DNA from: a virus
Lineage: Duplodnaviria; Caudoviricetes
IMG/VR virus record: IMGVR_UViG_2595698832_000001
Span: 32,001-96,000 of that record
DNA: 64,000 nucleotides
Reading direction: 5' to 3' (one strand)
A program made the translations under genes and the position numbers. Each line of letters opens with the position of its first letter. Position 1 is the stretch's first letter. The notes beneath the pieces were generated by a model. That model was not told the DNA's origin and did not search any database. It saw only the letters and a program-made list of their open reading frames with translations. Below, piece by piece: positions 20,846-30,574 of the stretch.

Positions 20846-21598
20846 TTAGTAGTTAGCCCAGTTAATGTCAGCGCCTGCTTTGTTTTTAAAACTTTCTTTG
20901 ATATCCTTTGAATCCTTTGAATCCTTTGAATCCTTTGAATCCTTTGAATCCTTTGAATCCTTTGAATCCTTTGAATCATCAGAATCATCAGAATCATCAG
21001 AATCATCTTCGTTTGTTTTTTTACAAGCTTCAAATAACGCTTCTAATTTAGATTCAAAACCTTCACCTCGTTCTACCAAGCTAGCTAATTTTTTAAATTT
21101 TTCACTTTCTACAAGATTTAAATTAGCAGCTAATTCATCAATTTTTTTAGATTCTTGAAGAATCGCAAGTTCAGCTTTAAGTTCTCTATTTTCAACAACT
21201 AATTTATCAAATTGATCACTTAATTCAGAATCTTTGTTTGCATAATTTTCGAGTATGTTTGATCCAGCAACATCTACTAAGTTATCAAATATACTTACTA
21301 GAGTAGCAGCCTTTTCATTCTCAACAACAGCGTCTAATTTTTCAAGAACTTCGTCTTTAAATTTATAAAGTTCTTCATTGATGAATGAATCTATATTTTC
21401 AGTAATTTTAGATTCGAGTTCTTTTTTAGCTTCTTTGAACTCTTCTACTAACTTGATTTTTTCGAGTTCGATTTGTTCATTAGCTATTTCAACAGCTTTA
21501 ATTTCAACAGCTTCATTAAACACAGATTCAATTTCTGATTTAACTGATTCTGTTAGAACATCTTTAAAGCTATCGTTGCTTAAAACTTTGTCTAACAT
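20846..21598 (-). CDS. gp22: Prohead core/scaffold protein (gp22-like)
   Basis: Acidic coiled coil directly upstream of gp23; FNEAV..KA motif. Confidence 0.75.
   Translation of the reverse strand: MLDKVLSNDSFKDVLTESVKSEIESVFNEAVEIKAVEIANEQIELEKIKLVEEFKEAKKELESKITENIDSFINEELYKFKDEVLEKLDAVVENEKAATLVSIFDNLVDVAGSNILENYANKDSELSDQFDKLVVENRELKAELAILQESKKIDELAANLNLVESEKFKKLASLVERGEGFESKLEALFEACKKTNEDDSDDSDDSDDSKDSKDSKDSKDSKDSKDSKDSKDIKESFKNKAGADINWANY
20903..21007. repeat. 9-bp tandem repeats encoding (DSD)n(DSK)n
   Basis: ATCCTTTGA about x8 and ATCATCAGA x3. Confidence 0.9.
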
Positions 21599-21770
21599 TT
21601 AGGTACCTTTCTTTGTAATTTTTTTATATTTATTAAAATCGGTTTAATTTTGTTTTAAGCTTATTTTTTGTAGTGTTAGTAGTGTTAGTAGTATTTAGTA
21701 TTGGCAGAATCGAAGCAAATATCAATTTTAACACCAAGTGTAATTTATGATATTGCTTATATACATAAAA

Positions 21771-22025
21771 TTAAAAATCATCACTAAAAACAGTTTTTTT
21801 AGGACTTTTATAGAATTTATATTTAATAAGATTTGCTTCTATATAATCTTTTAAGTATGCATCCTCTGATATCAAAAAACCAAGTTCTTCTAAAGGGATA
21901 TCATTTAAATCACAAAAATCTTGCATTATTTCCATAACACATTCATTTTTATGCTCTCTTAAAAACTTGTAGAATTTATTTAATGTTTTAATTTCCTTTG
22001 CTATTAAATCTTGGCTAATATTCAT
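21771..22025 (-). CDS. Late promoter transcription co-activator (gp33-like)
   Basis: Small acidic protein coupled to gp55; FCDLNDIPLEELGFLIS resembles the gp33 core. Confidence 0.55.
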   Translation of the reverse strand: MNISQDLIAKEIKTLNKFYKFLREHKNECVMEIMQDFCDLNDIPLEELGFLISEDAYLKDYIEANLIKYKFYKSPKKTVFSDDF

Positions 22026-22789
22026 TTTGAATCACCTTTAGTTAGATTTACATTAAAATGTTTGTAATTACTTAGAACGTTTTTAAGTTCAGCGTAATCA
22101 TCAAATGATATAAAACCTTCATTGTATCTAATATTAATATTTTTGTATTTGATTTCAGTGGTATCTAAAATATTTTCAATCATTTTTAAATTAAAATTGG
22201 GTATTGTGTAATCTACATATAATTCATTAACAATATCTATAGTTGAAGCATTCCTAGATTCATTATGTATATCATATTCAGAATTATACATACAAGCTAA
22301 GTTTTCAAGTTCTTTATCTTTTTTGTTTTTCTCATTGATAATAGCTAAAATACTATTATGAATTATTTGTGAAATATAACTAAAACAAGATACTGATTGG
22401 TTTGTAATTTTAGATTTTAATGTATGGTCGAAGTTATGAATATATTTAAATACACGATAGCAAGCATCACTATAAAAATCATCTTGCCAAGTATACCCGG
22501 AAAAATTAGGTTTAGTTAATATTTTTTTAATCATTAGAATAACAATGTTACCAAAATATTCGTGAGATTTTGGTGATATTTTTACACCCTCGGATATACT
22601 AATAATATAGTCTTTAAGATCTGGATCTTTTGTTTTAATATATTCTTTTATCTTAATGTCTAAGTCTTCATTTATAGAACCATCAGGATCTTCAGAGCCT
22701 AGATTTAATCTGAAGTTTTTTTCGCGAATAGCTAGCGATTTTAGTTCAAGTTCGTTAGTATAATCGTGTTTCATACGAGTTTCACTCAT
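22022..22789 (-). CDS. gp55: Late-transcription sigma factor (gp55)
   Basis: KPNFSGYTWQDD..YIHNFD..FSYISQI. Confidence 0.88.
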   Translation of the reverse strand: MSETRMKHDYTNELELKSLAIREKNFRLNLGSEDPDGSINEDLDIKIKEYIKTKDPDLKDYIISISEGVKISPKSHEYFGNIVILMIKKILTKPNFSGYTWQDDFYSDACYRVFKYIHNFDHTLKSKITNQSVSCFSYISQIIHNSILAIINEKNKKDKELENLACMYNSEYDIHNESRNASTIDIVNELYVDYTIPNFNLKMIENILDTTEIKYKNINIRYNEGFISFDDYAELKNVLSNYKHFNVNLTKGDSK

Positions 22790-22855
22790 TTTACCACCTT
22801 TAGATTTTAAACTTTAGTTTTAAATTTAAATATTAAATATAAATTAAATATATTT

Positions 22856-23515
22856 TTAATTAGCTAATAGTTCAGCTTTTTTGAAATGCTCTAAAGCTTG
22901 GTCTGTATTACCATACAAATCTCTGAATTCTTTTAAATACATATCAAGAGCTTCTTCACACCCAGGTCCAAAAATTCTGCCAGTTATTTCAACTGCTAAA
23001 TCTTCATTATATCCAAATTTTTCCATAGTTCTGAGTTTAATGAATTGAAAAATATATGGAACTAATTGCTGAGCTTTTTGTTTTTCTGGAGATAATGGTC
23101 TTCTTGCGTATACTTCTTTAGCTGCTTTAGCGCGACGTTTTTTACGTTCTAATAGTAGGCTTGTAAATCTATTATCGAATTTACGTTCGTGTTTGAATAA
23201 TTGTGGTGCTTTTTTGCCATTTTCTACAAAATTATTAATGATGATTTGTTCAAAATCATTGAAAGGTTTTTTGTTAACAATTTTAGTGTATAACTTGCGT
23301 AATTTTTGTGTATTGAGACCTTTTTTGGTTAGTTTCGTTTCAAGCTCTTCTATTTGTTTTTGAGTTTTAAGTCTTGTATTTTGTGTGAATAAACTTGAAT
23401 ATCTAAGTCGTTTGTAATCCAGCTTGAATAAATTAAACTCTACTTTTAAACGCAGATATGTGTTGATAATATCTTGATGTTTGGTATACAATTTGTGTTT
23501 GTAAGTCAGTTTCAT
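22856..23515 (-). CDS. hypothetical basic protein
   Basis: 219-aa ORF with RBS and TTAAG-N11-TATAAT promoter. Confidence 0.65.
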   Translation of the reverse strand: MKLTYKHKLYTKHQDIINTYLRLKVEFNLFKLDYKRLRYSSLFTQNTRLKTQKQIEELETKLTKKGLNTQKLRKLYTKIVNKKPFNDFEQIIINNFVENGKKAPQLFKHERKFDNRFTSLLLERKKRRAKAAKEVYARRPLSPEKQKAQQLVPYIFQFIKLRTMEKFGYNEDLAVEITGRIFGPGCEEALDMYLKEFRDLYGNTDQALEHFKKAELLAN

Positions 23516-23617
23516 TATTTTCCTTTCAATTGGTATATTATATAATATATAAGCTTAAAAAATTCTTAAATTTATTAGAATGGTTTAAATATTTGCAGTC
23601 TTCTGTGTTGATCTAAC

Positions 23618-24773
23618 AAAAAGCCAAGCATTTTTTATACTTTTTAATATTGCTTTAAGTTTCAGATATAATACTATAGTATATACTACTAAAAAGCCAA
23701 GCATTTTTTATACTTTTTAATATTGCTTTAAGTTTCAGATATAATACTATAGTATATACTACTAAAAAGCCAAGCATTTTTTATACTTTTTAATATTGCT
23801 TTAAGTTTTAAGCATATGCTAGGATATATAGCATTGTTATATACTACTAAAAAGCCAAGCATTTTTTATACTTTTTAATATTGCTTTAAGTTTTGCTTTA
23901 AGTTTTTTAAAAAATTTTTGCAACTTTAATATGATATATTATAATATAAAAACTTTTTTCAAAAATTTTCTTAGCAATTTGTAAGGTTGCTAGTTTTTTA
24001 AAATCTAAACTAAAGTTTCAACATATGAAACTTAAAGCAATATTAAAAAGTATAAAAAATGCTTGGATATTTCATAGTATATACTATAGTATTATATCCT
24101 AGCATATGCTTAAAACTTAAAGCAATATTAAAAAGTATAAAAAATGCTTGGATATTTCATAGTATATACTATAGTATTATATCCTAGCATATGCTTAAAA
24201 CTTAAAGCAATATTAAAAAGTATAAAAAATGCTTGGCTTTTTAGTAGTATATACTATAGTATTATATCCTAGCATATGCTTAAAACTTAAAGCAATATTA
24301 AAAAGTATAAAAAATGCTTGGATATTTCATAGTATATACTATAGTATTATATCCTAGCATATGCTTAAAACTTAAAGCAATATTAAAAAGTATAAAAAAT
24401 GCTTGGATATTTCATAGTATATACTATAGTATTATATCCTAGCATATGCTTAAAACTTAAAGCAATATTAAAAAGTATAAAAAATGCTTGGATATTTCAT
24501 AGTATATACTATAGTATTATATCCTAGCATATGCTTAAAACTTAAAGCAATATTAAAAAGTATAAAAAATGCTTGGCTTTTTAGTAGTATATACTATAGT
24601 ATTATATCCTAGCATATGCTTAAAACTTAAAGCAATATTAAAAAGTATAAAAAATGCTTGGATATTTCATAGTATATACTATAGTATTATATCCTAGCAT
24701 ATGCTTAAAACTTAAAGCAATATTAAAAAGTATAAAAAATGCTTGGATATTTCATAGTATATACTATAGTATT
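23618..24773. repeat. Repeat region 1: 4 units (73/73/85-bp spacing) inverted relative to 9 units of 85 bp, around an AT-rich spacer
   Basis: Unit core CTTAAAGCAATATTAAAAAGTATAAAAAATGCTTGG at 24031+85n; reverse-complement copies at 23620-23890. Confidence 0.95.
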
Positions 24774-24801
24774 AATATTCGCTTAAAATTTTAAGTATAT
24801 T

Positions 24802-24823
24802 TTAAGTATTTTCATAATATAAT
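24802..24823 (+). promoter_or_regulatory. Early-type promoter TTAAG-N11-TATAAT
   Basis: Same spacing at 40352, 40469, 44703 (+) and ~10127, 11259, 13892, 23558 (-). Confidence 0.65.
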
Positions 24824-24855
24824 ACTATCAATAGAATAAACAAAGGTTAAAAACA

Positions 24856-25737
24856 ATGAATAAAACCGATAAAATGATTGAAGCTATCGAGGATACACTA
24901 TTAAGTCCGGAAAATTTAGGAACACATTTCTACGTTTTAGAAACCATAAAAGGATTTGATTTCAGTATTAAGTTCGATAAAATAAATAGCTCTATTAAAT
25001 ATTTTACTAAAAGTAAACCAATTAATTTTGAATCTAATAAAAGCTCAAAAATTAAAACACTTAATGATACTATTAGTGAAGTTAGTTTAATTAACAAATT
25101 AGTAGAATTAATTAATATCAAATACCCGGAAGATGACTATATTGAGTTCTTTTTGACATTATTTTCAGTCGATGCTAGTGAGTCTAATGATTCTGATACC
25201 GCAGGATATGCAGTCATAATGTATGACATTTTAGTCGGTTCAAAACCACTAGAATCCAAATATGAAGATTTTGATAATGTTTTAGATTATTGCACTTTAG
25301 CTGGTATCAAAACGAATCCAATTATTAGAATTGCAACTGATTTAGATTCTGCTTTAAGTGTTCCTGCAAATGGTGATTCTATGATTCCATATCTTTTCAA
25401 TAATAGTTCGGAGTTGATACCTATGTATGGCATCACCATCAGACCTTATAAGGAATTGCAATACAAATTAAGATCTAAAACTCATAGACTTATTATTGAT
25501 CTTGATGAGTCTAATATGCCAGTAGGTTCTAAAACTGAAGATTCAGAATTTCTTAAATTTTTAAACATAGAATCATTAAATGTTGTAAAATCTCAAAATC
25601 CAAAAAATTTAGAAACAGAGCTAATATATTATATAATAGAAAAAATAAATGAAATAAAACACTTGAGCGTAGAAGAAATTAAAAATCTAAAATCAAAGTA
25701 CTCACAAAGAGTTAAAGATTTCATCTCTGTGAACTAA
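24856..25737 (+). CDS. RNA ligase 2 (Rnl2)-like protein, catalytic motifs degenerate
   Basis: YVLETIKGFDFS resembles EKIHGTNFS; YDI; YGITIRP resembles EGxVxKP. Confidence 0.45.
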   Translation: MNKTDKMIEAIEDTLLSPENLGTHFYVLETIKGFDFSIKFDKINSSIKYFTKSKPINFESNKSSKIKTLNDTISEVSLINKLVELINIKYPEDDYIEFFLTLFSVDASESNDSDTAGYAVIMYDILVGSKPLESKYEDFDNVLDYCTLAGIKTNPIIRIATDLDSALSVPANGDSMIPYLFNNSSELIPMYGITIRPYKELQYKLRSKTHRLIIDLDESNMPVGSKTEDSEFLKFLNIESLNVVKSQNPKNLETELIYYIIEKINEIKHLSVEEIKNLKSKYSQRVKDFISVN

Positions 25738-25798
25738 AACACTAAAATGTTAAGTTTAAAGAACTAAAATATAAATCGAAGAACGAAAGGTGTAAAAA

Positions 25799-26713
25799 TT
25801 GTCAATGAAATTTTTCGTAACCGGATCCAGCGGTTTCATAGGATCTAACTTTATTAAAATGCTATATTCATTAGATGAAAACCCAAGAGTAATTGGCTTA
25901 GATGTAAATCCAGGCGAATATACTGATAGTACACAAGGTATTAAAAATGCTAAGAAATCTGGGTTGCTTAAAAACTTAATTAAAAATAGTGATATAGTTG
26001 TTCATTTTGCAAGCCATTTAGGTGTTCAAAATATTGTAGATAACCCAAACTTACCTTTTAAATCTTTTAAAAATGATAAAATTGTTGTAGACTTAGCCAC
26101 TAAATACAATAAAAAGATTGTATATTTTTCTACTTCTGAAGTATATGGTGATTCTAAAGATTACTCAGAATCCAATGATTTAATTATAAGTTCTAAATTA
26201 AGATCTAATTATGCTTTAGAAAAACTTTTTATGGAAAGATATATCCAATCAAAAACAAATAATTATTTAATAATAAGACCTTTTAATGTTTACGGTCCTG
26301 ATCAAAATCCAAATAATGGATTCATTGCTAAAGTATTAGCAGCAGCTTTCAATTCTAAAGAAGTAATTAAAATCAGAGCCAATGCTGAGTCAAAAACAGG
26401 GACTGAAAGATGTTATTGTTATGTAGATGACTTTAATAAAATTCTTTATAAATTAATTAAACAAAATATCAGCGGTGTGTTTAACATAGGAAATCCTATG
26501 GCTAGAGCAAATCCATTAGATATCATAAAAATATTCAATAGTTTTGGGTATAATATAAAATATAAATTCGAAACTATTGAAAATGAAAATGATTATGAAA
26601 TACAAAGACGAGTTCCTAGTATTGTTAAATTAAGCGAAGTTGTTCATACCGATTTTACAAATTTAAAAACTGGTATTAAAAATATTTTGTATTATATTGA
26701 CCCACCATTTTGA
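25799..26713 (+). CDS. NAD-dependent sugar-nucleotide epimerase/dehydratase
   Basis: TGSSGFIG, STSEVYG, YALEK (YxxxK), RPFNVYGP. Confidence 0.9.
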   Translation: MSMKFFVTGSSGFIGSNFIKMLYSLDENPRVIGLDVNPGEYTDSTQGIKNAKKSGLLKNLIKNSDIVVHFASHLGVQNIVDNPNLPFKSFKNDKIVVDLATKYNKKIVYFSTSEVYGDSKDYSESNDLIISSKLRSNYALEKLFMERYIQSKTNNYLIIRPFNVYGPDQNPNNGFIAKVLAAAFNSKEVIKIRANAESKTGTERCYCYVDDFNKILYKLIKQNISGVFNIGNPMARANPLDIIKIFNSFGYNIKYKFETIENENDYEIQRRVPSIVKLSEVVHTDFTNLKTGIKNILYYIDPPF

Positions 26714-26750
26714 GATAAAATTTAAAACCTAAAATCAACAAGGAGTAAAT

Positions 26751-27323
26751 ATGCTAAAACATTTAATAATTGCGGGCCATCCAGATGATGAGGTAATTGG
26801 TTGTAGTTCTATACTACTAGAAGATTCTGTTGGTGTCCTATACATCACAAATGATTATAGTACTACTAACACAGAACGTAATAAAGTCAAAGATAAATTA
26901 GCTTTGGATTATCAAAAATGTTTAAAATATTCATTTTTTAAAATGCCTAATATTAATGAATTAGCTGATAATATTAAAGACGTTTTAGACTCCATTAAAC
27001 CAGAAAATGTTTACGTTCACCATCCAAAAGATTTGCATCAAGATCATAATACTATTACAAAAGCAACCCTAATAGCTGCTAGAATGAATAGAAATGATTA
27101 TATTAAATCTTTAAGTTATTATTATGTTGAAAATCCATTTGAATTAAAAGCTTGTGAATTCAAAAAAATAGATAAAGATGAAAAACTTAAGTTTTTATCT
27201 AAATATAAAAAGTATATACCAGAAAATCATATCAAAACTATTTTAGCTTTTAATGAGTTCGTAGGAATTTATAGCAATTTAGGTTTCGCAGAGCCGTTTG
27301 AAGTTGTTTACAAACGTTCTTAA
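26751..27323 (+). CDS. PIG-L/LmbE-family de-N-acetylase
   Basis: HPDDE and HQDH motifs. Confidence 0.85.
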   Translation: MLKHLIIAGHPDDEVIGCSSILLEDSVGVLYITNDYSTTNTERNKVKDKLALDYQKCLKYSFFKMPNINELADNIKDVLDSIKPENVYVHHPKDLHQDHNTITKATLIAARMNRNDYIKSLSYYYVENPFELKACEFKKIDKDEKLKFLSKYKKYIPENHIKTILAFNEFVGIYSNLGFAEPFEVVYKRS

Positions 27324-27355
27324 TTACATTAAATCTAAGAAAACCAAGGAAAATA

Positions 27356-27901
27356 ATGAGTGAAATTATAATGATTCACGAAGTAAATGATAAAGTTCTC
27401 AAAGCTGTAGAATCTTTAGACCCAGACAGCATAATCACATTTGATGATGGTTTATATACACAATTTCATTATAGAAGTCATTTTGCGTTATTTAAACGTG
27501 TTATATTCTTTGTAAATCCGTCCATAATTTGTGAATCTTCCGAGAAACAATCTAAAGAGTATATACAGTGCTATAACGCCCATAAAAAGGCATTTAAAGG
27601 CTGTTTTGAAAATTATATGACATTAGATCAAATTCAGCAAATTTCAAGGGAAAATATGTATAATTTTGAAATAGGTTCACATTCTTATAATCATAAATAT
27701 TTTAAAGATTCTAAATCTTTAATAAAAGATATTCAAGATTCTTTAGATTTTTTTGAGAATCATAATATACCTATTAAATCATTTTGTTTTCCGTATAATC
27801 AAGATTCGAGAAACCCACATTTTACCCAAGCAGTTAAACTAAAGTTTAAAGATTTGGATATTTTTGGTAATAACAGAGTACCTATTGAATCTAAGTTCTA
27901 A
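27356..27901 (+). CDS. Polysaccharide deacetylase (CE4/NodB)
   Basis: TFDDG, HSYNH, FPY motifs. Confidence 0.82.
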   Translation: MSEIIMIHEVNDKVLKAVESLDPDSIITFDDGLYTQFHYRSHFALFKRVIFFVNPSIICESSEKQSKEYIQCYNAHKKAFKGCFENYMTLDQIQQISRENMYNFEIGSHSYNHKYFKDSKSLIKDIQDSLDFFENHNIPIKSFCFPYNQDSRNPHFTQAVKLKFKDLDIFGNNRVPIESKF

Positions 27902-27967
27902 ATGTTAAATATTAGACTAAAGTCTTAGATTTTAGACTTTAACAATACACCAAATTAAGGAGCTTAA

Positions 27968-28603
27968 GTGAAAAATATTAAAGTTAAATTAATAGCAGAT
28001 TCTGGTATCAATGTTTTTATTGACGCTGTCAGAACTTGCTGGGATAGTCATAGTAAATGTGATACTAATGGTGATAATGTAGGAGAAAATGATAAAGCAT
28101 TAATAGATAGAATAGTACACAAACATAAACACCATTCTACATTAGAACATTTGTTTTATAATTTTGAAATCACAGGAATTTCAAGACTTTGTTTGCAAGA
28201 GTTGGCAAGACACAGAATGGCTTCATTCAGTGTTAAGAGTACAAGATATACACTAAAAGAACTTAGAGGTGCTGATATTTCTACATTAGAAGATGCAAGT
28301 AAGTTTATTGTTTTAACTGATAATGAATTAGTAGATGCTGCAAGCCACAAAAACTTAAAAGAACTTCATAACATAGTCAATACAAACGGTATTACCCAAG
28401 ACTACGCCAAGTATTGTTTACCAGAATGTTACAGAACTTCATTAAGATTTTCTTTAAATGCTAGAAGTTTAAGAAATCTATTAGAACTAAGATTATCTAA
28501 AGGTGCTCATTTCGAGATTCGGTATTTGGCTAAATTGTTGTTTGATGCATTACCAGATCTACACAAAGAATTAATTTTCAATGATTTAGAATATTCAGAA
28601 TAA
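27968..28603 (+). CDS. thyX: Flavin-dependent thymidylate synthase
   Basis: HHSTLEH, ELARHRMASFSVKSTRY, NARSL..LR, HFEIR. Confidence 0.95.
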   Translation: MKNIKVKLIADSGINVFIDAVRTCWDSHSKCDTNGDNVGENDKALIDRIVHKHKHHSTLEHLFYNFEITGISRLCLQELARHRMASFSVKSTRYTLKELRGADISTLEDASKFIVLTDNELVDAASHKNLKELHNIVNTNGITQDYAKYCLPECYRTSLRFSLNARSLRNLLELRLSKGAHFEIRYLAKLLFDALPDLHKELIFNDLEYSE

Positions 28604-28618
28604 ACACAAGGAGTTAAA

Positions 28619-28846
28619 ATGTATGTTACAAAAGAAGTAGACGTAGAAGTTGAAGTTGAATTAGATGAATTTAAAGACAATGACGTCTTAAGATATGCTA
28701 GGGATTTAATTGAAGACGATAAATCTAAAATAGTATTTTTTGAGGGTCTTATAGAACCAGAATTTAATTTTGATTTTTTAAATGATTTATATAATATAGA
28801 ATACAAAAAAATTATTTTGAATCATTTCCTAAGCATAAAAAATTAA
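28619..28846 (+). CDS. hypothetical protein
   Basis: 75-aa ORF with AGGAG RBS. Confidence 0.6.
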   Translation: MYVTKEVDVEVEVELDEFKDNDVLRYARDLIEDDKSKIVFFEGLIEPEFNFDFLNDLYNIEYKKIILNHFLSIKN

Positions 28847-28907
28847 TTGATTTCATAAAAGCTAATTATTGATTTTAAAGGCTTAGAGCTAAGAACCAAG
28901 GATTTTA

Positions 28908-30017
28908 ATGAACGTTTTATATAATAATGAATATATTGATTTTACAAAAGAACCTTTATTTTTTGGAACAGGTAAAAACTCACAAAGATATGATGTTATA
29001 AAATATCCTATCTTTGAAACTTTGTTTAAGAAAATGGCTGGTTTTGATTGGCAAGAAGATGAAGTACAGTGCACTAAAGATCAAGCAGATTTCAATATCT
29101 TAAATGAAGCAATGAAACATTCTTATACTAGAGTGTTAAACAAGTTAATTTTCTTAGATTCTATTCAAGGCAGGGGTTTATTACAAACTATTGGATCTAT
29201 TGTTACTAACCCAGAACTAGAAGTTTGTATGACAGAATGGCAAAGATTTGAAATTTCAAGACATTCAAGAAGTTACACCCATATTCTTAGATCTGTTTAT
29301 GCTAACCCAAGTAAGATATTTGATGAATCTTTTGAAATACCAGAATTATTAGAACTTGCAGATAGTATTTCAAAACCATATGAAGAAGCTTTTGAAGCTG
29401 TAACAAAGTATCATTTAGGATTAATAGATACTGAAGAAGTTAAAGTAAAAGTTCTTAATATGTTAGTCGAAATTAATATATTAGAAGGTGTTAGATTTTA
29501 TTCTGGTTTTGCGACAATTTGGAGTATGCATTATAGCCAAGGGTTAATGGAAAGAACTGGCAAGATTTTACAATTAATTTGTAGGGATGAAAACCTACAC
29601 TTAGCAATAACTCAAAATCTAATTAAGATATTATCAAGATCTCCTGAAGAAGGCTTTATAAATGCTTGGAATTCTATTAAAGATAATATAACTGATAGAT
29701 ATTTAGAAGCTGCTGATCAAGAGTTTAAGTGGATTGATTATTTGTTTAGTAAAGGTGCATTCTTAGGTATGACCCCAGAATTAGCCAAGAATTATATTAA
29801 ATATCTTATTAATAAAAGATTAAAAGCTATTGGATTCAAAGAAGTTTTTGCTGGGTTTAATAAGAACCCTATACCTTGGGTGGAAACATATATTAATTAT
29901 GATAAAAATGAAGTTCTTCCGCAAGAATCTGAAATAACAAATTATAAAATGGATATTTTAGACACTGAAATTAAAGATTCTGCTTTTGAAAGACTTAAGA
30001 AGAAATTAAAAATCTAA
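28908..30017 (+). CDS. nrdB: Ribonucleotide reductase class Ia beta subunit
   Basis: LDSIQ, E..HSRSY, LEGVRFYSGF, RDENLH. Confidence 0.95.
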   Translation: MNVLYNNEYIDFTKEPLFFGTGKNSQRYDVIKYPIFETLFKKMAGFDWQEDEVQCTKDQADFNILNEAMKHSYTRVLNKLIFLDSIQGRGLLQTIGSIVTNPELEVCMTEWQRFEISRHSRSYTHILRSVYANPSKIFDESFEIPELLELADSISKPYEEAFEAVTKYHLGLIDTEEVKVKVLNMLVEINILEGVRFYSGFATIWSMHYSQGLMERTGKILQLICRDENLHLAITQNLIKILSRSPEEGFINAWNSIKDNITDRYLEAADQEFKWIDYLFSKGAFLGMTPELAKNYIKYLINKRLKAIGFKEVFAGFNKNPIPWVETYINYDKNEVLPQESEITNYKMDILDTEIKDSAFERLKKKLKI

Positions 30018-30097
30018 ATTTAATGCTTTGATGATATTTAAGTAATTTTATTTTAAGTTTATTATTATAAAATTATATAAAATTAAAAGGAGCAAAA

Positions 30098-30506
30098 ATG
30101 AAAGATTTAACAACAAAGTTTATTAATATTATGTTGAATAACAGCTACGATGAAGCTCTACACAACAAAATACGAGAAAAATTATTTAGTTCCGATTTAC
30201 AAGGTTCAAATTGTGACACAGGTTTTGAATCATTTAGACTTGAACTCAATTGTTCGATTGATGAACTCAAATCAAAATTATTAGGTTGTGGATATCTTGA
30301 CGACACTGACGAGGATTTGTGGGTACTTTTTTAAGTTAAAAGATTCTGATGGTGATTCACAATGGGATAATTACGTTTACAGTTTACCTTCATCTATAAG
30401 AGAGTTAAGCAGCACTACATTTAGAATTAAAGACGGAAATACTATTGTTTTCTACGATATGGTTTGGGGTAACGAACAAACTTGCCATTTGACTTTTAAG
30501 AACTAG
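30098..30506 (+). CDS. hypothetical protein (probably one gene, frameshift near 30330)
   Basis: Overlapping ORFs 30098..30334 and 30288..30506 joined at a T-run; AGGAG RBS. Confidence 0.5.
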
Positions 30507-30574
30507 TAAATATTACACTTTAGTGTTAACGAACTTAAACGTCACTAAAGTGTAAACTTCTAAGCTTGCTAGTA

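Noticed and set aside
20836-21158. ORFs (IQR)n and (FES)n
   Set aside because: Shadow frames of the 9-bp repeat in gp22
24028-24773. CRISPR array
   Set aside because: Units are near-identical over all 85 bp with no unique spacers, and there are no cas genes; the same holds for 53447-53934
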